Below the pieces are notes generated by a model. The model searched no databases and was not told the DNA's origin. It worked only from the letters and a program-made list of their open reading frames with translations. Below are positions 37,592-49,620 of a stretch of DNA of 64,000 nucleotides, piece by piece. Position 1 is the stretch's first letter. Every line of letters begins with the position of its first letter. Both the position numbers and the translations under genes were made by a program. The stretch is from Eledone cirrhosa. Taxonomy: Eukaryota. The stretch is from NCBI GenBank assembly GCA_964016885.1, contig OZ024743.1, forward strand, positions 96,534,001-96,598,000, in the 5' to 3' direction.

Positions 37592-40500
37592 CAAAAATGC
37601 TCATGGTTGGCTATTCAGACCACAAGTTAGTGACCTGCATGGTCAACCTTGACAGAACGCATAGACAGGGACCCGGTTACTGGAAGCTCAACTTGTCCTT
37701 ACCGGCAAGTAAGGCTTACAGGGACCGGATTAGCACTTTAATTAAGGAGCGGTTGACGGGCCCCATTGTCAACAGCAGGTGGTGGGGATATCTCAAAAGA
37801 GAGATTAGAGTAGTCTCTATAGAATTTAGTAAGGAGATAGCCTCAAATAGAAATAGGAAAGAAAGGGAGTTGGTAGATAGTGTAGAAGAGGCAATTAGAA
37901 GCGGCGACGTGGCCAGAGTGCTAGCATCGAGAACGGCCCTGGGCCAGTTCTTCGACGCGAAACACGAAGGCTGCATCGTCCGAATCAAAATACGTGCTCT
38001 GGGAAACGAGGGGACTAAAGCTGCTGGCTGGGCCTGCGTGACAGAAGCCAAACGAGGGAGTAGATCCACTATCCAGTCTTTGCGAGTCCAGGATGGACGG
38101 GTGATCCTTGAACCTAAGCAGATGTGCGAGGATTTTCAAAAGCACTTTGCCAGATTGTTCGGAAGGAGCGGGGAGCTGGTTGGGGAAGTGGACTTCGGTC
38201 CATACCTCGACGGCCTACCGCGTCTCTTGGACAGGGAGGCAAAGTCCTGCGAGGTGCCAATTTCAGCCGCTGAGATAGAGGACGTGCTGAGCCAATGCGG
38301 CAAACGCAAATCCCCGGGTGTCGATGGTCTTCCATACGAACTATATCTAGCTATGCCGGACTTGTTCCTCGATCTCCTCAAGGCAGTCTACTGCAACTGG
38401 CAACAAAACGGGAGAATTCCCTGTGCTGTGACCAAGGGCGTAGTCACGCTAGTGAGGAAGGACGAGAACAAGGGGGATGATATAAATAATTTCAGGCCCA
38501 TAACTCTGCTAAATACAGAGTTACAGATTTTGGCCAAGGTGCTAGCAAAGAGGTTGGTGCTTGTCGTGGGCAACCTGGTGGGAGATGCGCAGACAGGTGC
38601 TATCCCATCCAGGTCCATCCACGACAACCTCTACCTCATGTGATATATCATAGAGAGGGTTGGGAACGAACCCGGCTTTAGTGGAGCCCTGATCAACTTG
38701 GATCAATCTAAGGCGTTCGATAGGGTCGACCATGGTTACCTGGATGCGGTGCTAGTGGCGGCAGGCTTCGGACCCGTTTTCAGGGGCTGGATCAATGCCA
38801 TGCACAGCAGCCGCACCTGTTCTAGGGTCAAGGTGAACGGCTACCTCTCGGAGCCGTTCGAAATCACGCAGTCCATCCGACAAGGGTGCCCTCTCTCCTC
38901 CCTTCTGTATGTAGTGACTCTAGAGCCACTGCTGCGGAAGTTGGAGTTGTTGCAGGGCATCCCGTTGGAACCGGGATTGCGGAAAGTGGTGTCGGCCTAC
39001 GCTGATGACATAACAGTAATGGTGTCGACGGCCTCAGAAATCGGGGCAATCGGCACCTTACTGGAGGAGTACGAAAGGTTTACAGGGGCTAAGCTGAACT
39101 GGAACAAGTCGATCGGTCTGCAACTCGGCACATGGAGGGGTAGATCGATGCTATCCAATGGCGTCATTGAGCACTGGATGGAGGGTCTGGTTTGGACCAG
39201 ACCTCCAGGTGGAGAAGAACTAGGGTGAGGTAACGAACAGGGTGTTTGCACTGACCCAGAAGTGGGCCGAGTCCCAACTGTCCCTGAAAGGTCAGGCGGA
39301 GGTGGCAAACACTTATATAGCATCCGTCATCTACTACCGCCTGACCGTCGTGCCTTGCCCAAGGGAAACGCTCGCCAAAATGGAGCGCACACTCCTCCAA
39401 TTCCTTTGGAAGAAGCGGGCTCCTATGGTGAGGAGATCCATCTGCTGTCAACACCCTTCAAAAGGAGGGCTGAGGATGCCGTGGCTGATGATGCGCAAAC
39501 ACACATTAAGGCTACGGCACCTCCAGGTATTCCTTACCGGTCAACCGGTGTGGGCTCCGTTTGTGAGGCGAGCCTTTCCCAGACTCGTCTCACTCACCGA
39601 GCTGCAATGCTGGGTCAAGCAAAGACCGAGAAAACTGGGCGCCTGGCACACCGAGTTTGCCCAGGTGCTCACGGCTCTCTAGCAGGCAGACCCGGCTGTC
39701 AGTGGAGAATCCACCTCGCCATTCTATAGAGGGCTGATGGTTAGCAGGTGCGACGACGCCCTCGGAGAAGCCCTAGACAGAGGAAAACGAACTGGCCAAC
39801 CTGTTCGGTAGGACATTCAGCCCGGGACCTATGGATAACTTCCAGAGGTCCCTGGTCTGGCAGTGCTACCAAGGGGCTCTGCCCGTTCGAGAAGGGACCC
39901 CTCGAAAAAGATCTGTCCCAGATGCGTGTGCGACGAGGAAACCATTGCACACACATTTGTACACTGCTCGGGCATTGCTGATCTGTGGGGCTATGTCGAA
40001 CGACTGCTGTCACGGGTGGGACCGATCCTGTTGACCACCGAGTCTATTGTAACGATCAAGCCGCCTCCCCTCTTCAAAAACGAAGGAGAGGCGGTGTTTC
40101 TGTGCGCAAAAGCCATGGCGAAAGAGGTTGTATGGTGGACGCATCTGAAAAAACTGAGGTCAGACATCTTTCACTCTGGCCAACAACTGGTCCGTTTCTT
40201 CCGATATCATTTCGGAAGAAGGATCAGGATGGAGAGAGAGGTGCTGCACCCCAGCCGTTTTTATGAAAGATGGGTGAAAGTGGCGAGAATGGCCCGTGTG
40301 AATGGCCTTTCACTCTACATCAGACTATAGGTGAGGAAGATGAAAGATCAAGGGAGCACACCCTCTTTGTGCTCCTGAGGAGAAGGGTTGCACACTTTTT
40401 CGGGTGTGTGTGCGACCCCCCCCCCCAAGGCGCTTCCTCTCTATTGAGGATTTTGTTATTCAATTTATTTTTGTTATATTTTATATTTTTATATTTTGTT

Positions 40501-40595
40501 ATTGCCTCCTCCTTATTGAGGACGCCATTTTATGTAAACTCCCCCCATTGTACTTGTCCCACTGTTTGACGCCCTGGTGGCAAATAAAAATAAAG

Positions 40596-40597
<2 letters not shown>
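37591..40597 (+). mobile_element. 5'-truncated Tx1/L1-clade LINE ORF2 (APE end, RT, C-terminal zinc finger), disabled
   Basis: SDHKLV, YWKLN, KSPGVDGLP, NFRPITLLN, DQSKAFDRV, RQGCPLS, AYADD, CPRC..ETIAHTFVHC; stop at 38641 and frameshifts; aataaa near 40583; (TCTA)n on both sides. Confidence 0.95.
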
Positions 40598-40632
<35 letters not shown>

Positions 40633-41026
40633 ACTCTCATCATCATCGTTTAACGTCCATCTTCCACGCTTGCATATATATAAATTGTATAAAAATATGC
40701 TGAAACTTCGAAGTCACTGACACCATTTTCTATGGAATATATATATATTTTGAACAATGAAAATAAAACAAAAGGTGAAGATAGGTGCTTAATTAGTTCA
40801 TTTTTTACAACCAGAAGGTTGAATGGTCGTGATAAATCGATATATTGACTAATTGATAGTGGTTGTACCACTATATATTACTAATCTCGATATTCTAGAT
40901 CTATCTCACCCCCTTCCTCAGAAACAATCTGTTCAAGACTACATGGAATTCTAATAATCAGTTAGATGCATGTATTTATATATATATATATATACACATA
41001 CAAACACACACACACACATATATATA

Positions 41027-41650
41027 TCATCATTTTACATCTGCTTTTCCCTGCTTGCAAGGGTGGGATGGGTTCTTTTCAGCATCTCTCCCTTCGTCAT
41101 GGTCCCTCATCATCTCCTCTGTGAGCTTCAGTTATCTGAGGTCAGCTCTCACCTCCTCCCATGTTTTTGTAGTCTTCCTCTACTGCATCTTTCTTCCACT
41201 GGGATTTCTTGGCACTTCTTCACCCAGCAGTCATCTTCCATGCACATCACATGACCATACCAATGTAGTCTTCTCTCCTGCACACTACAGTTTATCCCTC
41301 TTATACACAGTTTCATTCTCACCGCGTCCATGCTTGGTCGTTCACGTACATTGACATTGCAATTCCAACGGAGCATGCTTGCTTCATTTCTCTTCAACCT
41401 TCACATATACTCCGCAGTTGCTGCCCATGTCCCACTACCATGCAGCATTGCGCATCTCACACAGGCATCAAACACCTGACCTTTCATTCGTAGGGAGAAA
41501 CCCTTTGTTGTCAACAGAGGGAGCAGCTCCCTAAACTTCTTCCATCCTGTCCTTATTCTAGATAGTATAGCCTCGGAGTATCCTCCTTCCTTGCTAATCT
41601 GATCACCTAGATATTGGAAGCTATCAACCATCTCTATAGATCCTACCTAA
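41027..41650 (-). mobile_element. RTE 3' fragment (subfamily C)
   Basis: ORFs 41149-41397 and 41401-41631 match the RTE C-terminus. Confidence 0.9.
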
Positions 41651-41741
41651 CATTTCTACTATAAATTTTCTCTGAACATCTACTACAAATGAAATTTTCC
41701 TATGACCGCAAGATATAATATATATATATATACATACATAT

Positions 41742-42137
41742 AAAGGTGCAGGGCACTCAAAGTTGATGGAAGTAGTAAGACCTAGGAAGACTTGGGATGA
41801 GGTGATATAAGCTGACTTTGCACAATTGCACCTCTCAAAGTTGATGACATATCATCGAGATCTTTGCCATTATGCAGTGGTTCAGAAGACCTGCCTTTCC
41901 CTGTTGAAGCATACATCTAGTATGAACCATTTTCCCCTGCCTTGCCCCCTTCCATTAACTTCCCATGCCCTAACACTTTATCCCTGTCCTTACACCCACC
42001 CCTAGCTCCTAGTCCACACTGTAAAGTGTTCATTTTGGTGCCATAACAAAAAGTGCCCAGCACACACTCTAATGCGGTCATTTTGGTGCCATGTTAAACA
42101 GTGATGAAGATGATGATGATGGTGGTGATGATGATGA
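41742..42137 (+). mobile_element. Degenerate RTE 3' end with 3' UTR
   Basis: RPRKTWDEVI..LHLSK; two cacactgtaa/ggtgcc..aaaa units; (GAT)n. Confidence 0.75.
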
Positions 42138-42459
42138 TAATTATGTGTGTGTGTTTGTGCACACTTACATGACAGCTAATATTTGCATTTTTTTAGTCCC
42201 CAGCAATAATTAGGAACAATAAATTTTATGAGAATATACTCAGAAATAAATGAAATTAAAATTGCCAGGACGTAATTATTTATTACAGAAGCTAGTCACT
42301 GCAACGTCCATTATCTTTGGTGTATAACATGGATAATTTAATGAACGTTGCATATTTATGTAATGTTATCTGATTATCAGTCCTTATGAGATATATCTGT
42401 TACATAGTCAGATAGCTAATAATAATTATTCTTATTAGAATGATATTTTTTTGGGGCCT

Positions 42460-42732
42460 TCTGTTTGTGCACCTGTAGATTAGAGGAAGACAACTGGGAG
42501 GGGGAACTTGTTCTAGTGGTCAGGGTGACTATTTTGTGGGTTTTCTCCATTAGTGACCATCAGAAGGCTATCACTTATTGGGCAATTTTCTTTTCTTTCA
42601 ATTTTTTTAGTTGTCTTCTTTTCTCTTATAGCCTTTTTTACATGAAAAAACCCACATTGAGCTGTCTTATGTCATCCTGTGCTGCCGTCAATGTTTTCTT
42701 TTTGTAAACCCTTTGTGGTTAATAAAGAAATT
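42460..42732 (+). mobile_element. Tx1 3' UTR fragment
   Basis: Ends tgtaaaccctttgtggttaataaagaaa like 44985-45010. Confidence 0.6.
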
Positions 42733-42756
42733 ATCATCATCATTATTATTATTATT

Positions 42757-43012
42757 TAGTTCAAATCCCGCCGAAGTTAACTTTGCCTTTCATCCTTACA
42801 GGGTCGATAAAATAAAGTACCAGTAATATACTGACTAATTGCTGGCCTTGTGCCAAAAGTAGAAACAATTATTATTATTATTTACATTCTGAGTTCAAAT
42901 CCCACCAAGGTTAGCTTTGCCTTTCATTATGGGGTCGATAAAATAAAGTACCAGTAATGTACTGGGGTAATTGCTTGCCTTGTGCCAACAGTAGAAACAT
43001 TATTATTATTAT
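42757..43012 (+). mobile_element. Two tandem 5'-truncated Meta-like SINEs with (ATT)n tails
   Basis: agttcaaatccc..gcctttcat..gggtcgataaaataaagtaccag..tgtgccaaaagtagaaac(att)n repeated. Confidence 0.85.
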
Positions 43013-43014
43013 TA

Positions 43015-43615
43015 TTGTTTCTTCGTTGATTTTCTAACACTGTAGATGTATTACAGTGTTGGCTGTTTACTACCAGTGAACTGAGGTAACACCTCTTATT
43101 TTTCTAGTAATTGCCGGAGTATTCGAGCTGTTCCAAGCAATGCTGTGTTTAGTAATTATTGCAATCCCTATTTCTGTAACGTACTTTTGAAGATCTCTAC
43201 TCATTGTTCCCAAGACTCCAACTATTATAGGTATTACCACCATCTTTTTCAGTGACCTCAACTGTTTAACATCTCAGGCTAACCTGTCATATATATCAAT
43301 CTTTTTTACTTCTTTATCACATACCTTTTGATCAGCTGTACAGGTTAAATGCATGAGCCAACACTGTTTACCTTCCTTCTCAATACAATATCTGGTCTCC
43401 TATGCTCAATTACATGGGCACACTGTATCCAAAAGTCCCACAGGACCTTTATATCATCATTTTCGATAACACCCTTAGGGTTATGTTTGTACCACTTTCT
43501 GCTCTGTCAAGTGCATATTTGTCACAAAGTGCCCAGTGAACTATACTTGCTATGTTGTTGTAACATCTCTTTATTCTTCCTGATCTAGTGATGTACATTG
43601 ACTGATAATCTGCCA
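43015..43615 (-). mobile_element. R4/Dong-clade 3' fragment (RLE domain) in (TAA)n
   Basis: NNIASIVHWALC, ENDDIKVLWDFWIQ..IEHRRPDIV, VVIPIIVGVLGT; (ATT)n on both sides. Confidence 0.8.
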
Positions 43616-43627
43616 TTATTATTATAT

Positions 43628-44007
43628 TGGGGCGGTGGATTGGCAGTATCAGTAGAGACTCAGACACCATGCTTTGCAGCATAGAGTTGCGGCCCTTTAT
43701 GGTCTGAGTTCAAATCTCGCCGAGGTGAACTTTGCCTTTCATCCTTATGTCGTCGATAAAATAAAGTACCAGTAATGAGATAATTGCTGGCCTTGTACCA
43801 AAATTAGAAACAATTATTATTATTCGGTGGATTGGCAGTATCAGTAAAACTTCAGACACCATGCTTTGCAGCTTAGAGTTATGAGTGCAAATCCCGCCAA
43901 GGTTAACTTTGCCTTTCATCTATATTGGGTCAATAAAATAAAGTACCAGTAATGCACTGGGATAATTGTTGGCCTTGTGCCAAAAGTAGAAACAATTATT
44001 ATTATTA
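43628..44007 (+). mobile_element. Two tandem full-length Meta-like SINEs
   Basis: cggtggattggcagtatc heads at ~43632 and ~43825; (ATT)n tails. Confidence 0.85.
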
Positions 44008-45012
44008 GACGCGTCTTTCCCTAGCTTGTCTCCTTGACGGAGCTGCAGTCCTGGGTCAAGCGAAGACCAAGAGGGAGCGCTTGGAGACTGGAATATCTTC
44101 AGGCGCTCACAGCCCTCGACCAGTCGGGCAATGTGATCGTGGAAACTCCACCTTGGCGTTCTACAGAGGATTAGTAGAGGGGAAGAGTGATGATGTACTT
44201 GGGAAAACTCTAGGCGTCGACGAAAATCAACTAGCCAATCTCTTCGGAAGAACTTTCCGGCGGGGGCTTATGAACAATTTTCCAGAAATCCCTGGCCTGG
44301 CAGTGCTACCGAGGAGCTTTGCCAGTTCGGGATAAACTCTACAGGCATGGAAGTGCCGTCAGCTGGGCATGTCCAAGATGCGCGCAGGGCGATGAAACCG
44401 TCCTGCACGCACTCGTCCAGTGTCCGAGCATTGCTGACTTGTGAGTTTATGTCGAACACATGCTATCGCGTGTAGAACGGTTCTGGCTATCAGCTGAGTC
44501 CATCGTGAGGATTGCCTTGCCCTCTTCCTTTAGCCGGGAAGGGCAGGCAGTTTTTATCTGTCTGGTGGCCATGGCGAAAGAGATAGTATGGTGGACGTGT
44601 CTGAAAGAGCTGAAAACGAGCACTTACCTCTTCGGTGATGCCCTGATTAACTTTTTCAAATTTCATTTGAAAAGGAAAATCAGCATTTTGTTGAAAGATG
44701 GGTGAGAGAGGCAAGAATGGCCCAAGTGAATGACCTACTCTGAGTATGTGCCTGTAAATTGAAGGTGGAAAATTGGGAGTGGGTACTTGCCCTGGTGGCT
44801 AGGGTCACCATGGCTTTTTTTAATGGGCTTTCTCCACGATGGCCCTCGGAAGTCTCCCCCCTATTGGGGAATTTTTCATTGTTCCTTTTTTGTTACATCC
44901 TCTGTTTTTGTTTTTTTTACACGCAGAAATGCCCATTTGTACTGTCCTGTATTGTGCTGTACTGTCCTTAATGTCTTACTTTGTGTAAACCCTTGTGGTT
45001 AATAAAGAAAGC
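44008..45012 (+). mobile_element. Second Tx1 family 3' fragment in (ATT)n
   Basis: FPSLSP/ELQSWVKRRPR, CPRCAQGDET..HALVQC, AMAKEIVWWT homologous to 39570-40330; aataaa then (att)n. Confidence 0.9.
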
Positions 45013-45024
45013 ATTATTATTATC

Positions 45025-45445
45025 CGGTAGAGGGTCGGACGCTATGCTTTGACGCATAGAGTTACGGCCCTTGCTATTCTGAGTTCAAATCCCGCCGAGG
45101 TTAACTTTGCCTTTCATCCTTACGGGGTCGATAAAATAAAGTACCAGTAATGCACTGGGTAATTGCTGGCCTTGTGCCAAAAAGTAGAAGCAATTATTAT
45201 TATTATTGTGTGAAACTTCTTTGAATTCTACTTTTTCTCCATATCTTGCCGAAACAAAATTTGGTAACACACGTATTTATATGGAATACATATAATTGTT
45301 TCTACTTTTGGCAAAAGGCCAGCAATTATCCAGTGCATTACTGGTACTTTATTTTGTCGACCCCATAAGGATGAAAGGCAAAGTTAACCTCGGCGGGATT
45401 TGAACTCACATCATAAAGGGCTGTAACTCTTTGCTGCAATGGCCC
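45025..45445. mobile_element. Two Meta-like SINEs in inverted orientation (45025-45207 +, 45295-45445 -)
   Basis: Same core as the 18320 family. Confidence 0.85.
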
Positions 45446-45589
45446 TTGGAATACATATAATACTGTAATAGTATAAACAAAACAATAAATGACTTTACAA
45501 GGTATTCACCTTGATAATACCCTTCTTACGGAAATGGTTTTTCAGGTATCTGGTCCAAATATGTTTTATTTTATTTTCTATCATTTCAA

Positions 45590-46345
45590 GTGTACTGACT
45601 ATCACTGGTATTGACAGGTTTTGAGATGCCACATTCTTTTTTAATTTCAATTGTCAGATCTTTATTTTTATTGGGCTTTCGGAACTCTTACAAGGAGATA
45701 TGATTTGATTGAATACTCATGTGAATTAAGAAACATGTTTTCTTTTTATGGTCCTTCACTCTGGGTTAGGTCTATTTCTGATCATATTGGCTTGAAAGTT
45801 GCATGTTGAACGACACTGGTCTTGTGTAACCAAAATGAAGCCCCCCACTCTCTGCTTTTACCCAGAACTTCACAGCCATTCATAGATGAGAGTTTGATGT
45901 ACATCAGGTTTTTTGCTACTGAGAACATTCTGCCATGCAGTGGTGTTTGCTCTGATTTAGAGCACAATTTTCATTTACCTTTATTTTCCGCCAATAATTT
46001 GATGTTCTTTGCAGCCTTTTCAAAATTGCATAATTTTCAAAATATATTCTCAATTCTTCCACAACTATCCTACTTTCTTTCTTGATTGAATGTAGATTCT
46101 TATTTCATTCATGATCTGCAATCATTTTCAGCATCATATCTCTGTTGTTTAAAGGTATTTTTTTAATCTAATGGTTGGTATTTTGCATGAAAGCTCAAGC
46201 TGGATCGGTCTTCTATCTTCACTTTGTCTAGGGAGATAGAAGCATTCTATATCTGCTTTTGGGTGATCTAGTTTTGTTGCAGGTCAGACGTTTCCTGATT
46301 TTTGTGTTCATTTTCATTATTTCATCAATGTTCCAGTTTATCATG
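45590..46345 (-). mobile_element. Degenerate R4/Dong-like ORF fragment
   Basis: PKADIECFYLPR, TPLHG, QDQC, DHKKKTCFLIHMS, DLTIEIKK.WHLKT remnants across frames. Confidence 0.7.
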
Positions 46346-46370
46346 ATGATGATATTATACATAGAGCTGA

Positions 46371-46434
<64 letters not shown>

Positions 46435-46567
46435 ATACTATTTATAGTTATGTATATAGTATAAACAACTATAAATAGGAAGGTCAGTAATTTATTAATT
46501 ACCCTATTACCAGTAAGAGAAATAGCTCAATGTATCAACATAGCTGACAATCCTTTCTTCCAAACTC

Positions 46568-46621
<54 letters not shown>

Positions 46622-47240
46622 TCCCCTTAGATTTTTCACAGCTAATTCTGAGTGTAATTTTTGTTGCTTGTTCTTTTGCTAGATACATAATTCTTGTAGT
46701 CCAGTACTTGTTTTCCTCCAGCAGTACAATGTTATTGGTGAAATCCAGATTGCAATACCTTTCCACCTTCCTTCACTACAGCTGATGCAAATAAATAATC
46801 TCAACCTCTTCAGCAGACAGTAGGTTGTGAAGATGTAGAGAGTTTCTCATCTATGTAATGTGCTGAGTAACATCAAAAGTAATGTATACACTTAAATCAG
46901 TAAGATATGTTATGTTCCAGTACATTTAACAAAATTGGACAATATCAAAATTTAGCATTAAAATGAAGGTCAAACTCAATAATATTACAATACATTTTCT
47001 AACAGTGCAACATGGAAGATGAAAGCAATGTTGCTGAGATGCTGGACATTGTCCGCCAATGTTGCCTATAGAAAATCCTCAAAGTCATCTGGGAAGATGA
47101 ATTCACAAATGAAGAAATTCATTTCTGAAGCAGGTCCCAGCCACTTCAATGTGATGCTGCATCAGTTTTGCTTGGCAGGTACGTCACATTTTGAACTTGC
47201 CAGCCAGTTGGAAAGACCTAGCCTTAATGCAGATGTATAT
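46622..47240. mobile_element. Old RTE-like RT fragments in opposite orientations
   Basis: Minus LDFTNNIVLL..LRISCEKSK; plus CCL*KILKVIWEDEFTNEEI. Confidence 0.5.
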
Positions 47241-47340
47241 TAGCAGTAACACTAACCCAGTGTAATTCAGAATAGACTTATATATGGAAGTATATACAAT
47301 ATGTTTATTGTATGTATGTAAGTATGCATGCATGAATGTA

Positions 47341-47405
<65 letters not shown>

Positions 47406-48068
47406 TCATTCTCATTTAATGTCCATCTTCCAGGTAGCATGGGTTAGACAGGTTTTCCCCATTTAGAGTATATATATATTCATACACGTAACACATACCA
47501 ACCTGGAAAAATGTATGTTAAATGATGATGATAATGTATGTATATATACATGAATATATATATATGTGTGTATGCAGACTGAAACATACACACACGTCTG
47601 TCTACTCAGCCGAATGTAAAAATGGCTGCCTACATAAAAGTGTGTATGATTTGATATTTGATATTTGACCTGTTAACTTAATGATAGTCTAAAGAGTGTT
47701 TCAACCTGTTATCATCTTGATACCATTGATTTTTTTTTTGTTCCTACATGTATAGCTTCTGAAAGACTTCTTAGTGGAATTGTTTAACTTAAGCATTGCC
47801 ATTGATGGTAAATTTTGCTTAGGTCAGTGTATGATAAGAGAAATATATTTTCATTGTGTTTCAACTTCAGCGAGCAACGTTGAATGCTATTAGATTAATA
47901 TTCACATTTCTACTACTTTGAATTAACTTTATATCCTACATGTTACTCACATTAAACTCTGCATAGTTGTATTTCATGATCAACTAACATACAAGTCTAA
48001 TATGACATTTTGGTTTAACCACGTCTAAACCATCACCATATACATTTTCCAATATATATATATATATA

Positions 48069-48249
48069 TTGGAAAATGTGTGAGGTCCTTGGTATAGTTA
48101 GGTATATTTGAAAAAAAGGAAAAGAATGACTTCACTTGTAGTTCTAAATAATTTGATTTAATTTTATAATATTATTATAATATTATAGAATTAAATCAAA
48201 TTATTTAGAACTACAAGTGAAGTCATTCTTTTCCTTTTTTTCAAATATA
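48069..48249. repeat. TA-flanked fold-back element; near-perfect palindrome 48103-48249
   Basis: tatatttgaaaaaaaggaaaagaatgacttcacttgtagttctaaataatttg / caaattatttagaactacaagtgaagtcattcttttcctttttttcaaatata. Confidence 0.85.
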
Positions 48250-48260
48250 TATATATATAT

Positions 48261-48532
48261 AAATGGCATAGATATTACAATAGGAGGAAACATAATAGTA
48301 CCACTAATGATGTTGCAGATGTGTGATGAAAGAACTTTGATAGACTATATATATATATTTATATCTGTATTTTTAACCGCTGGTCAATCAATGATAACCA
48401 TTGATTGCCAAATAAATTAACTATAGAAATATAAAAGATACAGAAGCGAAAACCAACCCAAACAGGGAGTGTGTTCTGCTATTATTTCTGGCAATATTAT
48501 AACAATATGACCCTCCCCAAGTATAACAATAT
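48261..48532 (+). mobile_element. Penelope-like pLTR remnant (MTLPKYNN family) with decayed HHR
   Basis: CTAATGA-t-gttgca-gatg-tgtgat-GAAA-gaac-TT at 48304; ends atgaccctccccaagtataacaat(at)n. Confidence 0.65.
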
Positions 48533-48819
48533 ATATATATATGCATTCATGGTTGAATAATAAAAATAATATTATTATTATTTGGTTTGTTTGCAAGCCG
48601 AAAGCTTCATTACACCATGTGTTCAAGATGACTAATGTCATCCTTTTGTTCCAGTGGTAGTAGAGAGAAAAACAATCTACATTTGTTTCAGGGTTATTGC
48701 TCCTTATCAAGACTGTTTATTTCTCTACCTTCTGCTACACCCTGGACCAGTTGAGAATATATAGTATTCTCTAAAGTATACATCGGCTGATTAGCCTAAT
48801 TTACATACCAAGCAATTTT

Positions 48820-49034
48820 ACAGCACCCAGCCCACACTATAAACTGATTATGTAGGTGTCACAATAGTCACTGTTAATGTGGTTGTTGTTAGAAAGAGCA
48901 TCCAGCCATAAAAAAAAAGACCAAAATTGGTTCTGTATGAACAAGACATGTCATCTGACCTCGACTCGCATCAAATAGGTCAACCTGTCTGACCTATGCT
49001 AGCATGAAAAATGGACATTAAATGGTGATGATGA

Positions 49035-49037
<3 letters not shown>
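48820..49037 (+). mobile_element. Degenerate RTE 3' UTR fragment
   Basis: cagcccacactataaa..gttagaaagagcatccagcc..atgctagcatg..(gat)n. Confidence 0.75.
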
Positions 49038-49076
<39 letters not shown>

Positions 49077-49098
49077 TATATATACATATATATATATA

Positions 49099-49565
49099 TT
49101 TTGCGAGGTTTTTGATATGAAATCGTGTGTCGAGACAAATATTGTTATACTTGGGGAGGGTCATATTGTTGTAATAATATTGCCAAAATTAATAACAGAA
49201 CACATTCACTGTTTGGTTGGTTTTCGCTTCTGTATCTTTTATATCAGTTAATTTATTCGGTCCTTAATGTTTACCATTGACTGATGGCGTAGACATACAA
49301 TACAACAGGAGGAAACATAATAGCACCACTGATGTTGTTGCAGATGTGCAAAGAAAGAACTTTGTTAGACTATATATATGTGTTTGTGTCTATATTATAT
49401 CTGTACTTTTGACCGTTGGTCAGTCAATGGTAAACAGTGAGGACCGAATAAATTAACTGATATAAAAGATACAGGAGCGAAAACCAACCAAACAGTGAGT
49501 GTGTTCTGTTATTAATTCTGGCAATATTATTACAACAATATGACCCTCCCCAAGTATAACAATAT
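49099..49565. mobile_element. Fold-back Penelope-like pLTR remnant (MTLPKYNN family)
   Basis: Inverted arms 49138-49290 and 49410-49565; decayed HHR in loop (CTGATGT..GAAAgaacTT, 49329-49362); (TA)n on both sides. Confidence 0.75.
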
Positions 49566-49620
49566 ATATATATATTATATATATATATATATTATATATA
49601 TATATTATATATATATATAT

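Noticed and set aside
40805-40870. Decayed hammerhead within acaacca..tggttgt hairpin
   Set aside because: At least three core mismatches and poor stems
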